Source: Lytechinus pictus (taxonomy: Eukaryota). Taken from it: DNA of 64,000 nt. The stretch lies in contig NC_087257.1 of NCBI RefSeq assembly GCF_037042905.1, positions 11,036,001-11,100,000 on the forward strand, given 5' to 3'. Made by a program: the position numbers and the translations under genes. Shown piece after piece: positions 1 through 13,700 of this stretch; the first letter of the stretch is position 1, and each line of letters begins with the position of its first letter. The notes below the pieces were generated by a model, which saw only the letters and a list, made by a program, of their open reading frames with translations, was not told the DNA's origin and made no database searches.

Positions 1-1601
1 TACTTCCTTTAGTGATAAAAACATGATGTCAACAAATTACAAATAATGGAATTATTTGATATGACCTTGGGTTTAAATTTGTCTTCGTGCCTCCGCTGCA
101 AGAAAGCGGCGCCTATAGCCTCGCTCCACTACGCAGGCGAGACAAAAAGGGGGGTTGGATCATGGAGCTATTAACACAGAAGGAGATCCTTCTTCCAATT
201 CCTTTGTTATCGCTTCCTTCTGGCGAAGGAACGATATCTAACATCAATCAGAGAGCCGCCAGGCGAAAGTAAGAGCCCGCTTACGTAACGCGATAAGCCC
301 ACTTGTAAAATCTGAGATCAGTGATTCTTTGAAGGTTCTGCGATGCACCACCATAAATGACGTTTTTCCACATAACTTCCCTTTCGAGCTCTGTTTTTTT
401 TCAAAATCGAAACACGATTTGCTGTTCTTCTAACATCCATATCTCTTTGTACGGATTCCTGATGTACGTCTTTGATGTATGGTTGAACTTCTGAGATGAT
501 CCCCTTTGCATACATACCAAATACGTTACAATTTGATTCAAGCCAGCCACGGTACGTACGGAGAAAGTTGGATATTAGTCATTTATGTGTGTCTGTCTTT
601 CTTGCTTTATTTAACCCTTTTCTTGTATGCTCCTGTCTCAGAAATTATGAGGGGAAAAGCCTACGTCGAACTTGATTTCGATGCTAAGATTATGTGTTTG
701 GTCGTGTTCGCCTTGAAAATATAACGACGAATCTACGGGGCATTTCTACAGCGATTGTCGCATCGTTGAGTATCCTCCGGTACCCCACGTACTACTATTT
801 GTGTAAGTTGAAGGTGAGTGTGATGCCGTAGCTCCGAACTCGCGCGCTCAGCTCATTCACACAGTACAGACCTCAGCCATTGACATGAAACTCTGAGAAG
901 ATTGCCCAACATAGCAACACCAAATTCATGCAGACTGGATTCCAAATACCGAGCCTCATAGTTTTAAAATGCGAGTAAAAACAATCGCTCGTCTCTAGGT
1001 GATCTAAGCTGAAAGGAGCACAGGTAATTTGAATGCCCTACAGAATCAATCTGTTGTTCACTTCTGGCGCATTCAATGACGTTTCCCTGGAGGTAGTCAC
1101 TAATGAAGGGGATAGAAAGTGATTCATGGAGCACCCGTTACTTTGCGAGTGCCTGATCTAAATGCGCAAAATATCTTGGGAGGTATTCTGATAATTAAAC
1201 CTAGGTTTAACTCTAGTCTAAAATAGAATTTCAATCTACAGTTCTATGGAATGCTGGGCTTCATAATATTTCTTTCATATTTTGGGGAATTATAATGTAT
1301 CAATTAATTTTTTAAAATTTATTATTTTTCTGATTTTCCATATCAATTGATTCTTTAAAATTAATTACAGTTTTTCCTATTCTTTTTCTTTCCCGACTCA
1401 ATTAAATTTTTGACAACTTTTTGCACCTGGGTAAGAATGATTTGTAATTGGTGAATGGGTGACAGGTGGCATTTCATACAAGAGTGGTCAAAGTTATCCA
1501 AGGTTGAACTAAACCATAGCTATCAGAATACATCCCTTGTTTTCAAATATCATTTGGGACATGGGCTATCTACGAACCGGTCTATTATCATTACAGTGTA
1601 C

Positions 1602-1799
1602 CTTTTGGTGAATTTCAGCCGGACTGACTGCAATGTCCATGTAGACCTGCTCAAACGTACCGATGTACTCCGTCTCCTGTAAGGCTAGATTCCTGACGGG
1701 TCGGTAGAGCCTTGAGGGTGTGGTGAAGATGTAGAGACCAGGATACTGGCCTCCCTTACCGCTCACAGGGACCAGGACAATCTCTGTAGTCTGGCAAAC
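1602..1799 (-). CDS. POLR1B: POLR1B exon 16 ([11 protein letters not shown]...[20 protein letters not shown]...[12 protein letters not shown]...QK)
   Basis: aag acceptor, gtacac donor, 198 nt. No further exon found in 1-1600. Confidence 0.92.
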
Positions 1800-4700
1800 C
1801 TTCGAGGTCAAGATAAAAAGAGCTTCATTGCTGACAGTAATTGATTAAACAGCAAGACTTTTACCTAATTTTCACCATATAATAACACCATTTCCAACAT
1901 ACACAACATATATTTCTTGTACATCTTTACCTCAAGACCAACGTGTGTGCCTATTTCCATGAGAATAGGTTGCAATCTGATGAAGTAGTTCAATAGTTCA
2001 AACTGCAAGATTTTTAGCTAATTTTCACCACTTTATATTTTACCATAGCAGCATGATTTCCGGCAAACATAGAAATTTTGTTTTGCATATCTTTACCTCA
2101 AAACCAATGTGTCAGCGTTTCCTTTTCACATTTCTGTGCGATAAGTTGTCAGACTTTACTATGGTAACTGTCAGATAATACATCTGATAAGTCCTTTTAT
2201 GAAGCACTCCCTAGAAAGTCTTTTATAAGTTGTTCTTCTCCTTGCATACTAAGAAGGCATTGATGCTAGTTATATTGAGGCAAACAAAGGACTTCTGGCT
2301 TTGGATACTCTCAAATATTGTCACAAATATTAATCAATTCAATTTAATTTTTTACATTCTCAATTAAAAACATGAAAACAAAACATACATACGGTACAGA
2401 AATAAAAATTGTTACAACATACAAATACATATTTATGAGAATGAGGGGCAATAAAAAGCAAATAGCCGTAACATAAAAGGTTGGCCCTACGTTGACCCAA
2501 CATGACTATTCAAATAAATATCAGTACAACATAAATATTCAAATAAATATTAGTACAAATGAATCAAGAGATTTGGTACTCACTCCACTTTGACCTTTGA
2601 CCTTAAGAATCTTGAGCCTTGAGGTGAGCTGTGTGGCGATGTCCTGGGGTACATAGCCCAGGACCCTCCCATCTAGGATGACTTCATAGCAGCTAGAGAC
2701 GGGGTGCGATAGGGGTGCGTCGAGGGGGGTCATGCCCAGGGCGTAGAGGGTCTTGACGAGGGGGAGGGTAAGGGGTTGCGTGTTGACCACCTGTATGGAA
2801 GCAATAGATAAAGAATAATCAGGACCTCTCTCGTGTAAGGGCTTGTCATGTTATAATAATCATCAAATTCTGCTTTTATGTACGCTTATCACATCCAAAT
2901 ACCACTATGGGTTGTAAAGGTGTTGTAAACAAGTGGATACGTCTCCGGACTATGACCCATGAGGTCCAGGGTTCAAAACCCAACGCAACACTGGCGTCTT
3001 TTGGCAGGACATTAATCTACATTTGTCATGCTCCACCCAGGTGATGTAAATGGGTACCAGGTAGGAAATAAAGCTGGGTAATACCAACATTACCATGTTA
3101 AAGGTCAAGTCCACCCCAGAAAGATGTTAATTTGATTCAATAGAGAAAAATCCAATAAGCACAATGCTGAAAATTTCATCAAAATTGGATGTAAAATAAG
3201 TTATGACATTTCAAAGTTTTGCTTATGTTTAACAAAATAGTTATATGAACGAGCCAGTTACATCCAAATTAGAGAGTCGATGATGTCACTCACTCACTAT
3301 TTCTTTTGTTTTTTATTGTTTGAATTATGCAATATTTCAATTTTTACAAATTTGACGATTAGGACCTCATTGCCTGAACCACAAAATGTTAAAATAATGG
3401 AATTCTACGTGTTCAGGGAGGAATAAAACTTCATTTCACATGACAATGACGAGAAAATCAAAATATTTCATATTTCATATAATAAAATACAAAAGAAATA
3501 GTGAGTGAGTGATGTCATTGTTTCCCTCATTTGCATACCGACCAGGATGCGCATATAACTGTTTTGTGAAATGAAGCGAAACTTTAAAATGTCATAACTT
3601 TCTTATTTTACATCCGATTTTGATGAAATTTTCAGTGTTATGCTCGTAGAATTTTTCTCTTTTTATTCAAATCAAGTTTTTGTTGGGGTGGACTTGTCCT
3701 TTAAGTAGGGCATAATGGGGACGACAGCTTTCGGTACTAAAGTGCCTATCTTGGGTAATTATGACATAGTTAAAGCACTTTACAGACTATCTCTACCAGC
3801 AGATGTGCGTTACATACATATATATATATATATCATGGGAGACGACACCTTTAAATGTTTGTTACATAATAAATACATACATAAATGCTGTCCATTAAAC
3901 CTAAAAAAGCCCGGTTATTTGGACCCCTCTCACAGCCAGGGGGGGGGGGGGATAATGGGGACAACAGCTTTCGGTACTAAAGTGCCTATCTTGGGTAATT
4001 ATGACATAGTTAATGCACTTTACAGACTACCTCTACCAGCAGATGTGCATGACATATATATATATCGTGGGAGCAGACACCTTTAAATGTTTGTTACATA
4101 ATAAATAAATAAATGCTGTCCATTACCATCAATTCTTCATCATATTCAAACAATAGGTTTAAAGCAAGGTTTTTAATGTAGACTACAGGCCCACAATGAT
4201 TTCCAACGATATCAATAGTATATGTATTATGACTTCAACCCATGAAACCCTATATCAAAAGCTAATTGGTAATTAGTGTCCTTTTATATAAAGAATAGCA
4301 ATTTATCATACAGTTGATTTGTATAATTGATTGCAATCAATAACAAGTGGAATGCCTCTGGCCGTCTCACCTGCATCACGCGATTCAATATAGCAGCAGT
4401 GCTGATTTTGAAAACTACTATAACTCGCACAAGATGTTCAGTGATACTTGGTTACTCTTATTTCCACGTTTTATGAACTAGACCAATACACTTATAGAGA
4501 TATGATGGCAATTCAACAAATACCCCCAACGTGGCCAAAGTTCTTTGACCTTACATGACCTTTGACCTTGATCATGTGACCTGAAACTCGCACAGGATGT
4601 TCAGTGATACTTGATTACTATTATGTCCAAGTTTTATGAACTAGACCAACACACTTTCAAATTTATGGCTGTAATTCAACAAATACCCCAATTTGGCCAA

Positions 4701-7700
4701 AGTTCATTGACCCTAAATGACCTTTGACCTTGATCATGTGACCTGAAACTTGCACAGGATGTTCAGTAATACTTGATTACTATTATGTCCAAGTTTCATG
4801 AATCAGATCCATAAACTTTCAAAGTTATGATGGTAATTCAACAGATACCCCCAATTCGGCCAAAGTTCATTGACCCTAAATGACCTTTGATCTTGGTCAT
4901 GTGATGTGAAACTCATGCAGGATGTTCAGTGATACTTGATTAACCTTATGTATAAGTTTCATGAACTAGGTCCATATATTTTCTAAGTTATGATGACATT
5001 TCAAAAACTTAACCTTAGGTTAAGATTTTGATGTTGATTCCCCCAACATGGTCTAAGTTCATTGACCCTAAATGACCTTTGACCTTGGTCATGTGACATG
5101 AAACTCAGGCAGGATGTTCAGTAATACTTGATTAACCTTATGGCCTAGTTTCATGAACTAGGTCCATATACTTTCTAAGTTATGCTGTCATTTCAAAAAC
5201 TTAACCTCAGGTTAAGATTTGGTGTTGACGCCGCCGCCGCCGTCGCCGTCGGAAAAGCGGCGCCTATAGTCTCACACTGCTATGCAGGTGAGACAATAAA
5301 AATCAGTCCCATGATCGATTGCAAGGGCTTGTGTCACAGGGTCTATTAGTCATTACCTGACATAGCGCTGTGAGATGATTCATTAGACCGCAAGGAGCAC
5401 CATCAGGAGTATGGACAGGGCATAGGAAACCTGGGAAGAAAAAGAAACTATCCCATTAGTTGAAACATTATCATTATTTACATGATTCATTAGACCGCAA
5501 GGTGCACCACGGCAAGTATAAACAGGGCATTGGAAACTTGAGAAGAAAGATAAATATAAGCTCTTTAATGTTCTACCATCATCTTTCTAATAAGTATTTG
5601 CTTTCTACTTCAATATCAAAGCTAACATTGAAAATATTTTGTCTACATTTTAATCAATTTATTTTATTTATTTTTTATATTTTGAACAGTATTTTGCTGT
5701 ATCGATGATAAACCTCAGGTTTTTCATTACATTTTTTACACCTCAGGCATACAATCTGCTTGTTATTTCGCCTCAAGAAATCACAAGTGGCCTTTATTTA
5801 AAACGACTGAATAACAGAATGTGAATATATATGTACACAGGAAATTTCAATAGATATGTACATCCGACCTCCTATATACAGTATGTATGTGGGACATTCC
5901 TGAAATGATTTTCCTGTTTCCTAATTTACATGACAAGTTGTAAAACTCATAAATTACCATGTCTTGATCAGTTCATAGAGATAGGAATTAAGGGGGTGGG
6001 GGGGGGGGTTGGGTGCACAAAAGTTTTTATTATTATTACAGAAACAATAAAATATATAATGTAATAGTAAGATATAGACTGTAATCAAACAAAGGCCTAC
6101 ATATAGGTCAGCACTGCAATATGGAAAATGATAGCTTACCCCAAGCCTCAGGGAGAAGTTTTCTGACCGAAGTGGTCCTCATCTCAGCAAAGAATGAACC
6201 TCGATGAATACAACGGAAGTGAGACAGGAACCTCATGAAATTGAGTTTATCAGCAACGACTGTCATACCTGACGTCTGTAAAGACATATCACAGTCAGAT
6301 TAATTAGAGTAGGCGATGGCCTGTATTTATCATGAAGGTTGATATTTGATTTAAAGTCGACTATCGCCAGTAAAATATTGCTGATAAAGTGATAAAATAT
6401 TGACATGCCTAAAAGTTTATTACATGAATATACTTTATTATGAGCAGCAATTCCATGACAAAAGGAAAGGGGGAAATGTAAATAAAGTTTTCATTGGTGC
6501 TTGTCCATGAAAAGCGGGCGTTAGGTTACCAACTTGCAAAGTTCATAGGTGGTTTAAAGCAACGCGTATCAGTATTTTGGTCAGTAAATAGTGATTAACT
6601 TTTCATAATGACAACATTTTGGTCATTTTGTGTCACCACAACATATCCGCATAATCATAAACCATTATTGAATATTCCATATATTTTCAAGATCACATAG
6701 TTCTAATAATATCTTCCAGCACTAGCCTGTATTCTGTAGTGCAATATGCCTATATCATGTATATTGAATAATTTACTATTATCATTACATGTATTTCACT
6801 ATTAGGTTTCACTTTTCTCACTATGAATTTATGATTATGTTGTAACCTTTGTTTGTATCAGTCTCCCGACTGTTTTAACAAGGAAGTTTTTTTGCAATAC
6901 ACCGAAATGAAAACGGCATTTCCCTTTTGTGATACCCAAAACCATGCCACTTGCATACACACCTGCATTAAGCCAAGGCCCGTCTTAGAAGCAAGGTTTC
7001 CTGTTGCAATGAGGTATTCCATTTTTCTTGTGAGATCACCAGGCCCTGATGAAGCAGCATTGTTCAGTGATACTGCAACAAAGATGAGATAGCATATACC
7101 ATATTAAATAACATCATACAACCATTGTAACTTCGACTACAATAATAATAAGAATAAACATAAATTGGTATAGCACAGTTTTTTTATGAATATATTCAGC
7201 AGTACTTGTTCAGAGCTCTTTTTACTTTTTATATTCACTTTACACGAAATGTGATAAAGTCTGCATTCTGTGTAAAATCATAATACTTAAAATTATTATA
7301 TTTGTTTTTTTTAATATACATGTATAACACTTTAAATCAATTACTATATCAAAAGTTTTTATGCAGTCTATAAGAGCATAGCATTATTGACTTGGTGTTA
7401 GTAGCATAGATGTTTCATTGTGCAAAACTCTGAAGGGAATCAATCTTTATCAAATGCTAATTCGAGCCAAAGGCACAAAAATCAGTGAACGTTTTACAAA
7501 TATCCCAACAAAAGATAACTGTGTAATGATTTCTTTTATTTAAATTTTGTGACCCTGCCTGTATCAAAGTTATAAATTCGGAGTGGTCTTTCATGATAAT
7601 ATAATCACTTTCTCACCATCATTCAGAACGAATCTCCTTGACTTCTTGGCCTGTTTCTCAATGGCATAGCGTAGATTAACTAACCAGCCTTCTAGTTTCT

Positions 7701-10700
7701 CCTACAACAAAATAAAGAGAAAAATTACAGATATTAATTGAAGTGATTCGTCACTTAAAATATCATTCTTGTACCAGTCAGACATGACACCGGTAGTAAT
7801 CCTGAATTATCTGAATTATGCTTTAACATGGCTGCAATTAAAGTGTTCAGTTTGGGGATTCTTCACTCACCGGAACTTTGTCCATTAAGGATAATAATAA
7901 TAGTATGTCCATTTATATAGCGCAGATACTACATGTATGTGCATATACTCAACTGCGCTTTGATACTTGGTATCATATTATTACCCCAACTGTAGCTGAG
8001 CCGCCATATTAATAGGTGCTAAAGTGTGATGAAAGGCGCTAAAGGCAGACCTGCCAACCTCTGGGAATGGAAAACTGTATTCTGTGATTTAAAAAACTGT
8101 ATTTTTCCCCAAAAAAGTGTATTTCATAATAAAATCTGTGGCGCACTCGCTCATCGCGGCGCTCAAGCTGCATGCAAGCTAAAATGCGCACTGCTCTTGC
8201 AGATGAAAAAAAACACATTGAAACATGTGTATATCTCACCCTGGTTTTAACAAAATGATTGAAAAAAAAACAAGTTACCTGAAATAACATTGATCTAATA
8301 ACCATATTTGTGTAAGTTTTAATGAAATAGAGACATATAGAGACGATTTTTCTCAATAAATTACGATTTTGTAAAAAAATTAAATAAAATAATAATAAAA
8401 TTTACAAAAACGTTTTTAAAGAAAAAAACGTACTGCTGTATTTTGGTTGCAAAAACGTACTAAATACGCCAAAAACGTACTGGTTGGCAGGTCTGTAAAG
8501 GATGATGAAACTGTCAATTTCTAGAGGTTCCCCATGCCTCCATTTCAATTTTCATCACTTGATCTCATGGAAAAAATTACACAGGGGCGAGGTGCAATTT
8601 CGCCCCCAAAATGCTCAAAAGAGCACTGGAAACAAACAAAAAAAGGAGCGCTGGAAATCCCCATTCATTGCAATGTTTAAGCTTATCCTGTGTTGCAGAT
8701 TTAGGCAGTAAGTTGTGAAAATTACCCCCAAAATAATTATTTTTCTATTTTTTCTACCTGCTTGATCCTATCCATACAGCAATTGGAGTTTTGGGCTGTT
8801 AATAGTGGTCAACAATGCCAACTGGCTATGTTGCACAGGACTGTATAATATTAAATGTGTTTCAGAAAGACTTCATTGCATTGTACTTATTGTACACACA
8901 TTCCATTCAATCGATTTGAAGCATTGACTAGTTCATGGTTTTGGATTGAATCCTATCCTGACCTTGAGAACCATGAGATAGAGATGACCTGCTAGAAGTA
9001 CTTCCTGGTTCATAGGACTGTCTGCATTCTCCGCTGCACACTCTCCCTGGGTGAAGGCAAATAACTTCCTGGCCATGAATCTAGGGAAGGAAGAAAGGGA
9101 AACAATCATCAGACTAAGATATCACCAACACCACCATCTATCATCATCAATATCAGCAACAGCACAACTACAACCATCATCATCACCATCATTGGCATCA
9201 CCACAACCATCACCGCCACCAGCAGTATCATCACCGCAACCATCATCACCAAAGTATTCACTATCATCATCTACACTATTATCAAAATCAGAATCATCAT
9301 CAACCTCAAAAGTTATCAATATTCTCATCTTCCTCTTCCTGCTCATTACCACCATCATGAACATCAAAACTGTCATCAGCAGCAGCAGCACCATTATCAT
9401 CACCACATCATCATCAATCATGATCAATCATAATCATCATCAGCAGCAGCAACTTTACTACAACCATCACAAGCATCATTGTTATTGTCACTACCTGTGT
9501 AATCACCATCACCACAAAACTCATTATGAGATTCAGTTGGAATTCTTCTCCTCTTCCCCTTGCTTCTCCTGCTCCTCCTCATCATTTTGCCATCAGTAGT
9601 ATCATCAATCCGCATCATCATCATCCTCATCACCACCATAATCACAATCAATTTTCATCATTTTCATAACCATCACCATAATAATAAACATCATCATCAT
9701 CATTTCCGGTCCCACGGTGTGAACAACATTCTCTGCTACTCCTCTCCCTCTTGATCATGCTCCTCCATCATCATCATTTACTTAAGAACAGCAACAGCAA
9801 CATCAGCACCATTAACCCCATCATAATTCATCCTGTTCAAACCTGAAATTATTCCAATACTTACGTGAGGGTGTGGAATTTATCCTGATTAGAATCCAGA
9901 TGAACGCAGATACACTGCTGAAGGAGGAACTTGGCCGTCTGGGCGTTGGTGTACCATGGAGGGGCGGACAGCTTGATGCGGAATCGCTCTCCGATGTACT
10001 CCAAAGCTTGCTCCTGACTGGACAGGTTCTGGGTGTGCGTTTGTCGCAACATACCTGTCACGCAACTGCACATGGTAGAAAAATAGGGTAAATATACAAC
10101 TTTAAAGCATGTTTAGTGTCATTCATAAGCACATACCAGTACCTGTATGAAAAAAAAAACATTGCACACCTGTTTCAATATTAAGTGCCATATTGGAAGA
10201 GTTTGATGGTGTTGGTGAATAGTCATCAGTTTCTCTGATGACTCGTTTATCTCTCTCCTCCAAACATGGAATGCACCAACTAAATGAGTTCAAGTTTAAA
10301 GCCCATGCAAAGTATTGGAGCAAAATATTGTTGATCTGAAAAGGACTGAATGTAGCGTTCAAACTATATGCCTTAAATATAAAGACATACATGTATCTCC
10401 AAAATCATCTAGCTTTTTGGAAACATACGCCACATCCAACGGCAACTTTTGACCTCCACTAGGGAGTTATTGCCTGCTCTGCTAGTGTATGGAAGACAAT
10501 GGTTAGGTATATAGATGTATTCAGAGTAAAAGGAGAGGCAAAAGTTACAGGCCCAAATTCACGAAGGCAGTTTTGAATGTGATTTGAAACCAACATTTTC
10601 ATGCATTAATAATATCATGAGAGAGAGTCCTATAAGGAATGAATGCTATTGTTTCAGATTGCTAAATGCATGCTTGTGGCTAAATTGTATGGATGGAGTC

Positions 10701-13700
10701 CATTGTTTATATATTTAAATACATAGTAAAATCATTAACCCACAGGCAGGCGCATTATCAGTGGAGATTTACTACCATATCGGGTCGTGTGGTCCAGTGG
10801 TTAGAGCATCGGACTCATAATCGCAAGGTTGTGAGTTCGAATTCCAACCCTGCCATTGTCTCCACTTTGATAAAAAGGCCCGAGAGTGATATCTGTCGTC
10901 TATACCGTCAGCCACTATGACTGATTAACCTAGATGTAACATGTTTCCCAGGCAATTGGTTGTATACCAGCTTGGCGTTTACCAGCAAAATGCTGTCCAT
11001 CCGAGTTCCTACGGGAGTTACCATAAACAGAAACAGAAACTTACCCTACTAAGAATGTGTCATTTTCCTTTCCTTTGACAAGTTCATCATATATATGCTG
11101 GTCAGAGATATCTACAAGAGCCTAAAGAAGCAAGAGGGAAAGAGAAAAAGCATGAGGAAGAGGGAGAGAACAAGAGAGTGAGACAAATAGGCCTGTATTC
11201 TGAAGTCAGGTTGAACTTACACCATGGTCTAACTCTGTGCTAAAATTATGGGAAGCCAAAAGTATCAAAATTTTATTACGTTGTATGTTTCTTATGTTTA
11301 CTGTGCTCTTTCCTGATTCATCGATGGTGAAGACAATCATCTATTTATACTTCCTAGACAATTAAGAATGATTTGAGAGCCAAATGAGTTGAAATATGAT
11401 ATCTCCACCGTTAATGATTTATGTAATTGGCTATCCATACTTAAACTACAGCTTTATAAATGAGTTAAATCCGACTTAAGAATATGGGCAATAGAGATTT
11501 TGAGCACCCATTTCAATCACAACCAATCTCGACCTTTCTGAGGAAACATTCAAATATTGCATAAGTTTGGAACTGCAAGCCTGTCTGACAGTCGATCTGT
11601 AGTCCAAAGTTTTAAGTCTCTTTTTTTGTTCTCCTTAACAGGGGGTGGAATGATTCATCTTGCAAATTTTAGGAGTGATTTAGCCTGTCATGTGGGCGAC
11701 ATCGGCCATTGCCCCCATGTATCTCCTCTGCTGATCATTATCCTCATCCTCATCATCATCATCATCCTCATCATCATCATCACCATCATCATCCTCATCA
11801 CCATTATCATCATCATCATCATCACCACCAACATCATCATCATAATCCTCATCANNNNNNNNNNNNNNNNNNNNNNNNNNNNNNNNNNNNNNNNNNNNNN
11901 NNNNNNNNNNNNNNNNNNNNNNNNNNNNNNNNNNNNNNNNNNNNNNNNNNNNNNNNNNNNNNNNNNNNNNNNNNNNNNNNNNNNNNNNNNNNNNNNNNNN
12001 NNNNNNNNNNNNNNNNNNNNNNNNNNNNNNNNNNNNNNNNNNNNNNNNNNNNNNNNNNNNNNNNNNNNNNNNNNNNNNNNNNNNNNNNNNNNNNNNNNNN
12101 NNNNNNNNNNNNNNNNNNNNNNNNNNNNNNNNNNNNNNNNNNNNNNNNNNNNNNNNNNNNNNNNNNNNNNNNNNNNNNNNNNNNNNNNNNNNNNNNNNNN
12201 NNNNNNNNNNNNNNNNNNNNNNNNNNNNNNNNNNNNNNNNNNNNNNNNNNNNNNNNNNNNNNNNNNNNNNNNNNNNNNNNNNNNNNNNNNNNNNNNCTTA
12301 CCCTGACAACTAGAAGTAATGGAAGGAAGAAGATTTCCTTGTTGTAAGCAAAGCTCACTACTATGCTCCCTGTGGTCAGGTAATGAAGGGTAATTGTCTA
12401 GAAGAAAGAGAAATGAAAGGCATCTTATTTTCCAATAAATCAGACATATATTTGGGTATAAACATGACATTTGCTCCGGCGACAGTTGTTCTGATGTACT
12501 CAGAGAAAGAAAATAAGAGAGGAGAAAAAGAGCTAAGACGAAAGAGCATGTGGGAGAAAGATCGAGCATAAAACACTGTATACGCATCCAGTTGATACCA
12601 CTTATTCATAACAGGTAATACGGGTTACAAAACAAGATCCATTGTACTTTTCTTCTCCATAATCATTGAAAATGTGTATTGACCACAAGTTTGTTAAAGT
12701 TAAGTCTGCTGTGTTCATGAGTGGAGTCACATTTCACTCAAAATACACAGAGGGCAGACCTGCCAACCTCTGGGAATGAAAAATTGTATTCTGTGATAAA
12801 AAAAAGTGTATTTTTCCCCCAAAAAGTGTATTTTATAATAAAATGTGTGGCGCACTCGTTCATCGCGACGCTCAAGCTGCATGCAAGCTAAAATGCGCAC
12901 TGCTCTTGCAGATTAAAAAAAAACATTAAAACATGTGTATATCTCACCCTGGTATTAACAAAATGATTGAAAAAAAAACAAGTTACCTGAAATTACATTG
13001 ATCTAAAAACCATATTTGTTTTTGTTTTTTAATAAAAACGTTGCAAAAACATACTAAATACGCCCAAAACGTACTGGTTGGCAGGTCTGAGAGTGCATTG
13101 ATTAAAAATACACAATACTGGTGCGTAAATGAATGTTTTTAACAGAAATATGGCGCAATATAAATGCTGTGGATCATCATCATCATCATCATGCGTGCAA
13201 CGCATTACACACAAAGCTTTTTGTTACACTGAATCGATTACAAATTATTGTGAGTTGGATTAGCATAGTCAATGAAAAACCCCTCTTAAGGTTGCACCCT
13301 GCAATGAATGTGGTACAGGAGGGATTCCCTACATGTTTGTCCGTGTTGGGCAAAGAGTTGAGCAATTTACTAGAAAGAGGGTTCCCACAGAAATTTGAAA
13401 ACAGAATTCCATGACTTTTCCACGACTAAATTGCTGCTTTCCATGACTTCCCGGGAGTTATGTAGAGTTTGGGATGTCACAAAACTGGGAAATATAGAAA
13501 TCATGAACACCAATTATAATAGCAGAGTATGAGAGTTGCGAGACACAACAAACTGGAAAGTTGCCATAGCCAAGAGGTAAATGCCATTCCATGACTTTTC
13601 ACAAATTTTCCAAATTCCCTGACTTTCCAAGACCACAATTTTTTCCAGGATTTTCCATGACTGTGGGAACTCTATAGAAATCTGTGATTTGTCACTTACA

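Noticed and set aside
9051-9754. His/Ser/Asp-rich ORFs (182 aa and others)
   Set aside because: Translations of a (CAT)n microsatellite inside POLR1B intron 9.
10782-10856. tRNA-Met-like sequence (CAT in an anticodon-like loop)
   Set aside because: Acceptor and anticodon stems do not pair, and it continues into a SINE body and tail. The same applies to tRNA-like heads at ~14340, 15270, 15710 and 42460.
11557-12587. Long ORFs of 168-299 aa
   Set aside because: Open only because they cross a microsatellite and an N gap; the real coding part is exon 7.
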